Of a stretch of 64,000 nt of DNA, positions 1 to 13,547 are shown in pieces. The DNA is from Trichoplax adhaerens. Lineage: Eukaryota > Animalia > Placozoa. The notes beneath the pieces are model-generated. The model did no database searches and had not been told where the DNA came from. It saw only the letters and a list, made by a program, of their open reading frames with translations. Location: the NCBI RefSeq assembly GCF_000150275.1, contig NW_002060945.1, forward strand, positions 6,625,607-6,689,606. The letters are read 5' to 3'. The position numbers were made by a program, and so were the translations under genes. The stretch's first letter is position 1. Each line of letters opens with the position of its first letter.

Positions 1-709
1 AAACGTTAAGAATCCTCCAGATAACGTTAAAATAGTAAGATGGATGCCACAAAATGATATTTTGGGTCATCCAAAACTAAAAGCATTTATTACTCATGGC
101 GGATCCAAGAGTTTATACGAGGCCTCTTATCACGGTGTTCCATTAATTGGTATACCGATACAAGCCGAACAGCAATTAAATATAGGAAAGGCAAAAGCTG
201 CAGGAGTAGCTTTTTTCTTGGATAGGAATAATCTTACACCTGACGCTATTGCTGAGTCAGTAACAGAAATTACTACTAATCCATGGTATGGTATCTGATT
301 ATACATTATATAGCTAATCAGATCCGTAATTGTTCTATGATTAGTATTTATACTTATCATATAATTTACAAAGTAAGAATTAAATTATAAGAGATTACAT
401 TGATGTTTTCAATAACTTTTGATGATATATAATAATAGGTACAAAGGAAACATGTCTCGAATATCAAAAAGTATACAATCGCGACCCATATCACCAAGAG
501 AAGCATTAGTGCAGTGGGTCGAATATATCGCTAACAACGATGTGAGTCATCTAAAGCCAGTAGGACTTGGTATGCCATGGTATCAGTATTACCTTTTAGA
601 CGTTATATCTTTCCTTGTATTTTGTTTATACTGTATATACAAGATATTCAAGTACTTACTCTGTTGGTGTTGTTGTAGTAAGAATGAAGATAAAATTAAG
701 CGTGATTAA
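1..709 (+). CDS. UDP-glycosyltransferase (UGT/GT1), copy 1, 5'-partial
   Basis: Exon 2 <1-285 carries the UGT signature WMPQNDILGHPKLKAFITHGG..EASYHGVPLIGIPIQAEQ. Phase-2 GT-AG intron 286-438. Exon 3 439-709 encodes YKGN.., a TM helix and a C-terminal KIKRD (KxKxx). Confidence 0.92.
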
Positions 710-2681
710 CGACTGTTTTAATTTATACTTCATTGTCAAAATTAAGTTATATAATTATTTACATATAGTTGAGATAGAATTTAATATGACACTAAATAAT
801 TTAAGAATTATAAAGCATAAAGAGATTTTTAAACAGTCACATGTCATATTACTATAAGAAACAATTAGTAATTAGACGCATAGTAAATCTTAATTATAAA
901 TTTCAGCGTATTGTTTAATTTTCTCGATAAGATTTACATTCATACCGTACTTTGCATGCAAGGGTAATGCATATGTTATTTTCTGCTATAATAGGTACAT
1001 GCTATTTTAGTTATCTATGTCAACGCAGATATGCTTGCAATTGATATATTCACTCTTTTATTGTATACCGTAGTTCTTAATTCAACTATACTTTGCGGAA
1101 AATTGACTAAATAAGCATAGCGTTTACACGTGTTGTAATGATAACTTTAAATCAGTTATGCTATCGATGCGGCAGAGTAATAGCTAAGCAATACTTTAAA
1201 TAATGTAATGTGCAGTATACCCTTATACTTGATTTGTTGACGTTATTATTATTATACTATGTTTGAATAATTTTTCATAAATATGTGCTATGCGGCTGCA
1301 TACACATAAATAAGAGTATTATATATCTAGTTCGCGTAATAAATATTTTCTAATTAACTGTAAGTACCTACAATGTACAGTAGGATCAAGTTTTACAATG
1401 GTTGTCGTATTTATGAAGAAAGATTTGTTATACTCAGCTTTCCACAGCAGAATCATGCGGATGCTATACTGTATTTTTTAATCATACATATAAACATTTT
1501 GGCACAAAAAGTTTCTTAAGCTATATTGTAGCAAATATCAGACTAAATCGCTGATATGCAAACAAAGACTATGTAACGATACATGTTGCACGGGTATACA
1601 AACTGTGTAAAATAGATGTCGTATCATTTCTTGGTATTATACTTCAAACGACCCCTAAGCTTACAACATCTGTTTTACATCTAGGTGTACTGTAAATTGC
1701 AAAAAATGCTGTTATCCCGTCATTCCCGTACGGGTACACTTCGCTGCAGGGCAATTATCCAATTTAGATATTGCATGAGAGACTCCATCATTTTATCAAT
1801 TTTATTAACTACATTCGCATATATGGGAAGGATATGTTTTATTATTCGGTATACACTTAAAGTCTTAACTATAGCGCTTATACGCGTATACGGCATAATC
1901 GAGCCGTAACTTTTCGGTTTACAGAAGCTAAATTCGCCAATGTACACTAGTCACTTAAGGCTCGTTATACAGAATAACACGCCAAATTTAATCAAATACA
2001 GTACCATACGCGTATATTCGATTTCCTAAACTCAGAATTATTACCATGAGAACTTATAATATTGGATATACAGCACTGTATTTATTTATTTTATTTATGT
2101 AGTTGAGTGATTATACACAGTACAGACAATCAGTGATCATTGCCTACTGTAAACCAAGGTAATTATGAGTAGAATGTAGATGCGAGTATAAGTACTGTAC
2201 CATTTGTAATATTTTTGTAAGTATGAAATGAAGCATATGCTTACACTAAGTTCATGCATTTACAGCACTATAAATTTCGATACTATTCCGTAATGACCAT
2301 GAAAAAATTGGCTACATTTTACTTTTACATTGCTCCTGGAATGTTCATTTGCTGTGGCCCCACTTACAGATGATGGAGATTTTGGCTCCATTTCGAGCCT
2401 AAAGTATTGATATGGTGGCCCAAATGTTAGCGCTCCATATTTTTCGTACACAATTCGATGTTTATCTAGTGGTTCATGGCTTTTCCTACCTACTGTATGC
2501 TATAACTGCGCAGATGCGTGTATGAGTACTATATACTGTAACTGTATATAACATTCACTACTTGGAAGCTGGAAGGTAGCTCAAATCAAATCACGCACGG
2601 GCTATATAAAATAGATTTGTCGTCACAAATTGCCTATGCATAGGATTTTTAACTGATCGGTGTAATCATAAGAGCGAAAAA

Positions 2682-4644
2682 ATGACCCCCGGGTTGAACA
2701 CTATTGTAGTATTTAGCATCTTATCCTTTTTTCCTTTATACGAATGTGGATGCTTTGAAAATCGCTGTTTTGCCGGTGCCTACAAATAGCCACATAGTGT
2801 CCATGAAAACTGTTTCAGAAACACTGATAAAGAAAGGTCATCAGGTGAGAAATAATACTGTAGCACAGTAGTAGTCTATATGCTATTGTAGTTTCCGAAA
2901 TGATTAAGCTATCGTGTTTAAATTTTCGCTAATGAATAATATAATGAGTAAACGCTGTGAACTACACATAGCTTGATGTCAATCAATGTTCGTTTTTGTG
3001 AAAGATTCTATTAAATAGTTTTTTAAAATTACAAATCTTCACATTACTAATACTATGCGAATATACGATCCTAATTCTAAGGCCAATGTCCGTATCACGA
3101 TACATAACTTGCTATTAATTACATAATTATAATTGTTATAGGTCAGCATAATTATACCAGAAAATAAACTTTCAATGGTAGATAAGATTGATGCTATTAC
3201 ATTTGACACAATGGACCTTAAAATCGGTCCAGGTGGTAAAAAAGCGACGACATTATTGGAAATGTTCTCACTGTTGTACACCTTTCAAGGGACGTTTTGT
3301 CGCGACTTACTACGAAATGGCACGATAAGTGCGCTAATCAAAGATTATGATATCATTATCACCGACTCTATTTACATTTGCAGCCTTATGCTCCCTCAAA
3401 TTGTTAACAAACGCAATATCGTGATGGGCATACAAGGAACACTACTATCTCCTATTGGATATCCAACCTATCCTAGTAATCCTGCTTATATACCTCAAAT
3501 AGGAACGACTTATAGTTCGAAAATGAACTTTTTTCAACGTGTTAAAAACACAATAGCTGCATGCTTAAAAGAACTCGTAGTGTTTAACGCTATGAACTAT
3601 TTAGCATACTCTATTAAACAAGAATTCAACATTAGACCCGATTTAGGATTTTATGAATTAATGTTATCGCCAGAAATGACTTTAGTAGCTGGAGATTTCG
3701 CTGTAGATTATGCACGACCTATACCGCCAAATATGAAACTAATAGGACCACTATCAAGTGTACCAGCATCTCCATTACCTGAAGATCTAGAAAACTTTAT
3801 GGAGAGTTCGGGAGAACACGGTGTAGTTCTTGTATCTATGGGAACAATTTTTGAATTTCCTGAAAGTCTGATACCGACATTAGTAGCTGGTTTTAAAAGA
3901 CTTGAACAGAAAATTCTATGGAAAACTAGGCTGAATGTTGAGAACCCACCAGATAACGTTAAAATAGTAAGATGGATGCCACAAAATGATATTTTGGGTC
4001 ATCCAAAACTAAAAGCATTTGTAACTCACGGCGGATCAAAAAGTATATACGAGGCCTCTTATCACGGTGTTCCATTAATTGGTATACCGCTACAACCCGA
4101 ACAGCAATTAAATATAGGAAAGGCAAGAGCTGCAGGAGTAGCTATTGACTTGGATAGAGATAATCTTACACCTGACGATATCGTTGAGTCAGTAACAGAA
4201 ATTACTACTAATCCATGGTATGGTATATCTGATTACACATTATATATTTTAATTTAATACGTAATTATTCCATGATTAGTATTTATACTTATCATATAAT
4301 TTACAAAGTAAGAATTAAATTATAAGAGATTACATTGATGTTTTCAATAACTTTTGATGATATATAATAATAGGTACAAAGGAAACATGTCTCGAATATC
4401 AAAAAGTATACAATCGCGACCCATATCACCAAGAGAAGCATTAGTGCAGTGGGTCGAATATATCGCTAACAACGATGTGAGTCATCTAAAACCTGTAGGA
4501 CTTGGTATGCCATGGTATCAGTATTACCTTTTAGACGTTATATCTTTCCTTGTATTTTGTTTATACTGTATATACAAGATATTCAAGTACTTACTCTGTT
4601 GGTGTTGTTGTAGTAAGAATGAAGATAAAATTAAGCGCGATTAA
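2682..4644 (+). CDS. UDP-glycosyltransferase, copy 2; exon 1 has a +1 frameshift (possible pseudogene or sequencing error)
   Basis: Exon 1 2682-2844 (signal peptide, NSH catalytic His, KGHQ|GT), exon 2 3142-4217, exon 3 4374-4644. One extra T in the T6 run at 2727-2732 relative to copy 3 exon 1 shifts the frame; exons 2 and 3 are intact. Confidence 0.88.
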
Positions 4645-6306
4645 CGACTATTCTAATTTATACTTCATTGTCACAAATAAATTATATAATTATTTACATG
4701 CAGTTGAGATAGATTTTATTTTAATATGACGTTAAATAATTTAAGAATCGTAAAGCATAAAGTATAGCATAATGAAATTTTTAAACAGTTGCATGTCGTA
4801 TTACAAGAAGAAGCAATAGAAGAAGCAATTAGCAATTAGACGTATCGTAAATTTTTACTGTATTACTTAATTTACTCGATAAGACTTTACATTTGTACGC
4901 TGTATGCAGGAATATTGCATGTATATGATATTTTCTGCTGTAACGGGCACACACTGTTTTACCTATATGTCAACGCAGATATACTTCCAAATACTATAAT
5001 TATTCTTCTATTGTATAGGTTATAATTAATAAATTTTCTAATTAGCTGTGAGTATCTACAATATAGGATGGAATTGCAAACGCTTGTTGTATTTATGATG
5101 AAAGATTTGTTATACTCGGCTTACCACAGCAGATTCATCGAGGCACTAAAGTGTATTTTTGATTCGTACACATAATTATTTTGTTATGGAATATTTTTAA
5201 AGCTGTATTAGAGCTGATGTTAGACGAAATCGCTCTCTTATGCAAGCAATATACTATAGTAACGGTATACATATCTACATCAATATGCTGTAGTGTCGTC
5301 TCAATGTCAACCGGTTGAAAAGATAGCTCTAACCCTTCCTACTCCATTCTTCGCTCATGGTCAATTATACGTTGCATTGTCGAGAATGCGACATGGATCC
5401 TCAGCAATTGTTACTATGTCGCAAAAGATTGGTAACGTTGTACTCGTATATCATTCAGTATCCGAATAAGCTCATCGTAAATGCATCTATTCTGCTCAAT
5501 TGTTTTGTGAACTTGAGCCAGGAAACTGCTCGCAGAGCGGGCATTCCCTAGTCATTTTATAGTAATTTTACCAGCTACTCCTTTTTACTGTACGTACGAT
5601 ACTGTGAGGATACGCTTTATCATTCGGTACTCTTAAGCCTTAAAAACGTATTTGTACATGTGCATAATCGAGCTATCGAACTTTTTTAAGTTGCAGAATC
5701 TAAATACTGTATAGTGCACAGTACACTGATCAGACTTGTTACATAAAATAATATTAGCACTATATCATCTATTCGACCTTCCGTCAACGTAAAATCATAA
5801 CTGAGGGAACTTATAATTAATATAATCAATATTTGATATCTAGCTGGTTGAGTGCCTGTACACTAGGCCATGGATGACCTACTTTACACCACAACATACA
5901 AAGGTGGTTGTGGATAGAATCATAGACTTCTGTTAGTCCATGATAGAAAAGTGATAAGCCTCCCAATTACTTTGCTCTGACGACCGTTTGCTGTCCCCGT
6001 TTGCTCCTTTTTAAACTATGTCATAGACCACTAGAAGATTGCTATACTTTGAGTACAGTACACTTACTTACTATATACAGTACTATGCTATAAATTTCGG
6101 TACTATTCTATGATGAGTCTGATGATCATAGAGAAATTGGCTGCATTTTATATTAATTGCGCTCATGGAGTGATCATCTACTGCGCTCCCACTTATAGAA
6201 GATGGAGATTTCGGCTTGTTGTCGAGCCTATTGACGTGGCCCGTGTGTTAAACGCTTTATGCTTTTTCTTACCTCTCTTTCACCGGTTGCTATATATTTC
6301 GGACAA

Positions 6307-6344
6307 GGACTACTAGAAAAGAGCCGGCTCTTTTCTAATAGTCC
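6307..6344. repeat. Near-perfect 38-bp palindrome
   Basis: GGACTACTAGAAAAGAGCC|GGCTCTTTTCTAATAGTCC, arms match 18/19 with no spacer. Confidence 0.9.
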
Positions 6345-6666
6345 ATTAGTCCATCATTCCGATTAGCCCTCGGCATTGTCCAACTTCCGATAGCTAAATA
6401 AATAAATAAATTAATTAAATTCAATCGCATAAATTAAATTAAATAAATTACTGTTTAAAATAATGTTGTCACCGGCAATTTCCATTGCGCAGATGCTGAG
6501 GAGTAGAATTGCATCCAGTACTGGAAGGCAGCTGAAAATAAAATTAATTAATTAAATCAGAGGCTACTGCACACTCACAGTCAAGTACCTGAAGATCCGA
6601 GTATTTGTGATCAGAATTTGCCAACGTATGCTTTTGAACTGATCAGTGCGGCCATAATAGCGAAAC

Positions 6667-8618
6667 ATGAGTACCGGATTAAATACTATTGCAGCATTTT
6701 GCATCTTATCTTTGCTCTTTTGTTCGAATATGGATGCTTTGAAAATCGCTGTGCTACCTATGCCTGCAAATAGCCATATCATATCCATGAAAACTGTTTC
6801 AGAAACACTGATAAAGAAAGGTCATCAGGTGGGATGTTGTAATATTAGTGGTCTTCTACATGCTAATTTAATTTCCGAAATGATTAAGCTATCGTGTTCC
6901 TAAAATTTTCGCTAAATAATGAATGTAAACTACGCGTTGTTTATGCCAAACAACGATCGTAATTGTGAAAGTGTCGCTAAATGGTGTTTTTAAAACTTAC
7001 AAAATTTTCACTTTTACGGACACAATACGGGTATACGCATTTACGTAATGTCTAATTAATTAATTCGATAATTAATTGTTACAGGTCAGCATAATCCTAC
7101 CAGAAGACAAATGTTCGATGATGAATAAAATCCATACTATTCCATTTAAGACGATGGAGTTTAAAGGCGTTCAAGGTGAAAAAGAAGTGACAGGAATCGT
7201 GGGAATACTGAAACTAATGTTCTCCGTCCAAGGGACATTTTGTCGTGACATGCTCCGTAATGGTACAATAAGTACGCTAATCAAAGATTATGATATCATC
7301 ATCACCGACTCTATGTACCTTTGCAGCTTTATGCTCCCTCAAATTGTTAACAAACGCAATATCATGATTGGCATACAAGGAACACTACTATCTCCTATTG
7401 GATATCCAGCCTATCCTAGTAATCCTGCTTATATACCTCAAATGGGAACGACTTACAGTTCTAAAATGAACTTTTTTCAACGTGTTAAAAACACAATAGC
7501 TGCATGCTTAAAAGAACTCGTACTGTTTAACGTTATGAACTATTTAGCATACTCTATTAAACAAGAATTCAACATCAGACCCGATTTAGGATTTTATGAA
7601 TTAATGTTATCGCCAGAAATGACTTTAGTAGCCGGAGATTTCGCTGTAGATTATGCACGACCTATACCGCCAAATATGAAACTAATAGGACCAATATCAA
7701 GTGTACCAGCATCTCCATTACCTGAAGATCTAGAAAACTTTATGGAGAGTTCGGGAGAACACGGTGTAGTTCTTGTATCTATGGGAACAATTTTTGAATT
7801 TCCTGAAAGTCTGATACCGACATTAGTAGCTGGCTTTAAAAGACTTGAACAGAAAGTTCTATGGAAAACTAGATTAAACGTTAAGAATCCTCCAGATAAC
7901 GTTAAAATAGTAAGATGGATGCCACAAAATGATATTTTGGGTCATCCAAAATTAGGAGCATTTGTAACCCATGGTGGATCAAAAGGCATATACGAGGCCT
8001 CTTATCACGGTGTTCCATTAATTGGTATACCGATACAAACCGAACAGCAATTAAATATAGGAAAGGCAAAAGCTGCAGGGGTAGCTATAAGTCTGGACAA
8101 AAATAATCTTACACCTGACGTTATCGTTGAGGCAGTGGCAGAAATTACTAACCCATGGTAGGTCAGGTTTTACCAAAATTAGTATTGTGTACTTATTACC
8201 AGGTGTCGTGACTTTATGTAGCACACGGGTATTTTGACTATACGTTATGATAAGAGTAGAAGTATGCTACATAATTTAGTTTCATAATTTAATGTAAGTT
8301 TGAATCACGTATTTACAATTACTGTTGCTCATTTACTATGTGTAAAGGTATAAAGGAAACGCTACTCGAATATCTAGGAGCATACAATCACGACCTATAC
8401 CACCAAGAGAAGCTTTAGTACAATGGATCGAATATATTCATCATAACGATGTCAGCCACTTAAAACCTGTAGAGCTTAATATGCCGTGGTATCAATACTA
8501 TCTATTAGATGTAATAGCTTTTATTACATTTTGCATGTATTGTATATTTAAGATATCCAAGTATTTGTTGTGTTGGTGCTGTTGTAACAGGAATGGAGAT
8601 AAAGTAAAATATGATTAG
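6667..8618 (+). CDS. UDP-glycosyltransferase, copy 3
   Basis: Exons 6667-6828, 7085-8157, 8348-8618 splice in frame via GT-AG. Signal peptide, NSH, UGT signature, TM helix, C-terminal KVKYD. Confidence 0.93.
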
Positions 8619-9909
8619 TGAAACGGGAGCTATTATTGTATAATCATGCGAGTATTTGAAGGTTGAAGTTAACCTTAAAATTTTTAAGTTTTTGTAACAA
8701 TGAAATAATTGTTAAATAATTTAAAAATTGCTACAACCTACAAACAGTACAGATTCTTTGCTATTCATTGTTACTTATGCTATTTGGTAGTACTTCATAT
8801 CTGAACAGTACCTTAGTCAAATTTTCTCTAATAGCTCATTGACGGATAGAATATGCGTTTAGCATCGATAGTATTTGCCTTTTTAATGTACTAATAATAT
8901 TTTGCGCTGAGATTAACTAGTATTTCGGTATGATATATCTAAATTTTGATATCTCAATAGTAAAATAAGGCCCAATGCAACTGGTTTGGATGATTTCTTT
9001 TAATACGAATTAATAAAACTGTAAATGTGAACTTCAAAATAGTTTACCAACTACAGCATCAGTAATGTATTGTATTGAATGTACAATAATGTTTTGAATA
9101 ATTATATTCAGATTGTGATAGGCCTTTAAGTTTAATCTAGAATGGTGCAATAGATTATGATCATAATGGCAGTAGCGATATTATGATCATAAATAGTAAA
9201 GCTTGGTGATTAAAGTATTCTACTCCTATGTACTAGCTTAAGAAATCGTTGTTATCATCATAGAGAATGCATTAAATATTATAATACTGTAGTAACAGCA
9301 TTCACGTAAATGAATTCGAAATGCGGTTGTATCGAAAGTAAAATATTACAAATTCATTTATCGGAAAAGAAATGACAGTACTCGCTATACAATTTGTGAT
9401 AAGGTAGGATTAGCTCGTAACGATAGTTTCGACAATCGCGTTTATCTTAGAAATTTCTATGTAAATAGTCCACTAGACATTAGATCTATTTCCAGAATGT
9501 GACAAAAAAATTAATAATTAATACATTTGATTTGCTGCTACATATAATCTTCACTCTTGATGTACGGATAATTTAGACATAACCAAAACGTAACTAAAGT
9601 CCTTTACCTTTAATATAATTTACCTAAAAGTTACATTACTTTCTAATTTTGCTTATTGTAACATTTAAAAGTGTAATTGTCCAGGAGACTTTCTTAGTTG
9701 ATCAAATAGAAATACTTGATATTGTTCAATTCAATTATGACACTTTCAAAAATTCTCTTACTTATGCAACAATCGACCGTATAGAAAAGATAGATAATGT
9801 TAAAGAAATCTTAATTAGCCGTTACTTCTAAAGAAAGTTTCATGAAATTTCTTAACTCTTACAATATAGATAGCATAAGTACATATAGATAGAGATAGAT
9901 AATATTTTT

Positions 9910-12385
9910 CTAATCTACTTTAGCTTTTGATTGAAATATCATTTTCGTACAAGCTTTCAACATTCGATAGATAATATAGAGTACAATTAGTACGAATAGC
10001 ATAACATCTAGGTTGTATAGTTCGTAGAACCACAATTTCTCTCCTTCTACTTTTAGATGATGAGCTCCTTCCGCTTGCACAACGTATTCAATCCAGTCGA
10101 CAATAGCATCTCTTGCCGTTCTTGGCGAGCTTTTGAGAATTTTAGATATTCTTTTGGCGTTTTCTCTGTATCTAAGCGTATATACATAAATGTAGACGTA
10201 TAAAATCTTTAATCTGTATACATCACTTAAACAGGAGACATTACTCATATACTGTATCTATCATTTATCATTCAATAAGAACTTAGATATTAAGCTATGT
10301 AGCATACAGACTTTACAACAACTGTATAAGTCTATTTAGGAACAGCACCTGACGAGATATGACGAGATATGTAGTCTAATATTTAACGACATCTTCGATA
10401 GAAATAATGTTAAATAATTCTTATTCAAAGAGTTATATAGAGTCTTACGGTACCTTTTATTGGCAGTGATTTCAGTAACTGCACTTGTAATATCGCTCAT
10501 TGTGAATTTGTAAAAGTCTACATGAACTCCAATTTCGGTGCGAATTATTCTGCGAATATTACCCATTTGCTCTTCCATAGCCGGCATTCCTATCATAGGT
10601 ACACCATGATAGGCCCCTTCGTACACGCCATTTGAACCACAATGAGTGATAAAGGCAATAGTTTTGTTATGACCAAGAAGATCATTTTGAGGCATCCATT
10701 CGACAATTTTTACATTTTCAGGTACATGTTTAATTCTTTGCTTCGTTTTCCATATAATTTGATGAGGTAATTGACTTAGAGCTGCTACCATTTCCGTTAA
10801 TTTATGATCTTGAATCTGAAGTTCACTACCTAACGACAGAATTATAACACCTTGATCGCCGGAATTTTGCATAAATATTTCAAATGATTGAGGTAATGGC
10901 GAGGGTGGTACGGGTGTTAGCGGTCCTACAGTGTGAATATTTGGTGGTATAGGTACGGGATATTCGATAGCAAAGTCAAGAGTTGCTAAATAAACAGAAA
11001 ATTTTCTACGTAACTCAAATAATGTTAAGTTTGTAGCAATATTATGCTTAAATCTTAACGTATTAAGCATTTTAGAGGACCAATTTTTTATTATAGCTTC
11101 CATTCCTAAACCAACGATAACGTTCATTGCTCTTTGTAAGAAACTCATATCCTTTGAAAACGGTCCTATCAGAGGTACATATGAATAAGGTGTATAAGCT
11201 CCCAGAAAGGTATGAAAGCCAACGATGCTTCCTGAGGTTGAAACGTGTACCGACGGCTTGTTTAATACCTCCTTTAAAAGAAGACTACATACAAGTAAAT
11301 CATCGGCGACAATAACATCGACATCTTGAAGTGATTGGATTAACGTTTGATTCGATAGCATTGCATCACAATATCGTGTTTGTATATCACTGACATAACT
11401 TAGTGCTATAAATGGATTAGTGGTAGTAAATACTTTTTGAAGTTCAGTCTGAGTAAAGGGTCTTTCAATGTCATATAAGGCAAAAGCAGAAGTCTTTAAT
11501 TTCTTAAGGACTTTAGGCTCATTTGAAATAATAGTAATAGGCTAGATCACAAAACCAACAAAAAATTAGTTTTTTCATTTCTTAATTCAAATCGTAGAGA
11601 ATAGTAACTCAGGAAGGTATTATTGCTATAAAGATTCGTATTGAATATTAAAAACTTATAAATTTTTCAATCCAATAGACTTTCATTTTTCAAAAAGGCA
11701 GTAACTGATGATATTCAATTCGGATACAATGCATCAATAATGTTTACAGTACTATCGATGACTACTTATGATTTTCTGTATGTATGAGCTATAATAAGAT
11801 AATCAGTACATTCAAAAATTAAAGATTTCGGCTGATGAATGAATTAATTTTTAAAATAGCATTAATCACTGTTTTGTTGCCTCTTATTTTCTTACGCATT
11901 ACATATTTTTAAATCAGTTATTTCACTTGAATCGTACTGTTATAGGCTGATTAGTACAGCTTATCTTTTGGAAGGGATTGTAAAGTACTGTAATAATTCT
12001 ACTGTATACATATCACTAAATTAATTTACTTTATTAATTTGATACTGATAGTTAGAGGTTACTTATTCTATGACCCTATACTGAACTAGTCATAGCTGCC
12101 AGTAGGTTATTAATATGTTATAAAATAGTATGAAGGAAAGGATAGTGATGTAGAGTATTAGAAATATCGATACATCGTTGAGAAAATTGGCAAGACACAT
12201 ACCGTATGACCTCTTTTAATCAGATGTTGCGCAATGATATCCGCCGATAAAGGATGGCTGCCAGCAATAAACGGCAATATAGCGACTTTTAACGACGATA
12301 TACATGGCAATGCAAAGATTAATAGAATAAGTAATATGCTGGGCTTGTTGTTAAAGAAATGTCGGATCGGCTGGTTGTCAGGCAT
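9910..12385 (-). CDS. UDP-glycosyltransferase, copy 4
   Basis: Exons (minus) 12385-12203, 11541-10454, 10171-9910. AGSH, WMPQNDLLGH..THCG..YHGVP..EEQ, TM helix, C-terminal KAKVD. Confidence 0.93.
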
Positions 12386-13547
12386 TTTTGGCTAGTCTGA
12401 GTGCATGGATCAGGTCTCAATATCACAATTACCTGGAAATTAGCTATCGTTTACTGCTGGCATGAAAAAGAAAGTGATTACTATACCAAATCTCTGCTGG
12501 CCTATCTTAACGATAGCACTTTAGTTTGTGTGATGATATGGTGGCCCCAAAACTGTGAACTATGGATTTGCGTCTGCGTAAAAGACGTCATTACATTCAA
12601 AAAAGAATTTACTGATGCAATTAGATTAAAAATTTCATCCGTTCGAGGCTAGAAATTATCTCAATGTTTGCAATGATTTCGACGATTAGCAGCGTTTCTC
12701 TCCGTCAATTTAATAGGTCTTCAATTCAATTTTTTGTCAATTCGATAAAGACTATGACTTGCAGCTACTTAAGTAAACTATTAGCTAGCTGCAAATACTG
12801 TAAGTCTTATAGCAATGACTTGCTATTATTCATTTAATTCTTCCTGATGATGGTATATTAAGGATAATTTTGAATCTGGCCAAGAACTTGCTACTTGATT
12901 AATAGTAAGAAATAACTAAAATTTGAATTCGCTGACATAGAGAGAGTGAATTAGAAGTCTTAGAACTTGCGTGGAGTAAGAGGGAGATGAAGCGAGTTAC
13001 AGTATAATGACTAATCATTTTATCCTTCTAATAATATCTTTCTTAATATTTCGATAAATCTTACTACTCTATCAGTCGGACTATTATCGAATTACGCTAT
13101 GGCTATGATACTTCGACTCTTGAGCTAACGCTTGGCTTGAAATACTTATGGTCACGTTTTTAGATATATTAGAGAGGTATAAAAAAGAAACAGATGACAG
13201 CGATAATTGAAACTTTACTAGTAACTCAACTATTCTAATTATAATTATTCTTGGTGTGACTACGATAATATAAGCTTACGCAAACACGAATAATAATTAC
13301 ATAATAGCTATTCATTCAATTTATTATTAGCATTATCCCAGTCCTTTATAAGCGCATGCACTCGCTTCTATTTGCCAAGCCTCTTTTTAACATCGGAGTT
13401 TCGGGACAGCGCCGCGCCGTTCCAACATCTTTCCTCACTTTTACGTTATATAAGTCGAGCTTGTAACGTCTTTTATTGTAGTTATTCTTTAAAAGTAACT
13501 ATTTTACTCCATATTTCTGACTTGGACATCTAAATTGATCGCTGACT

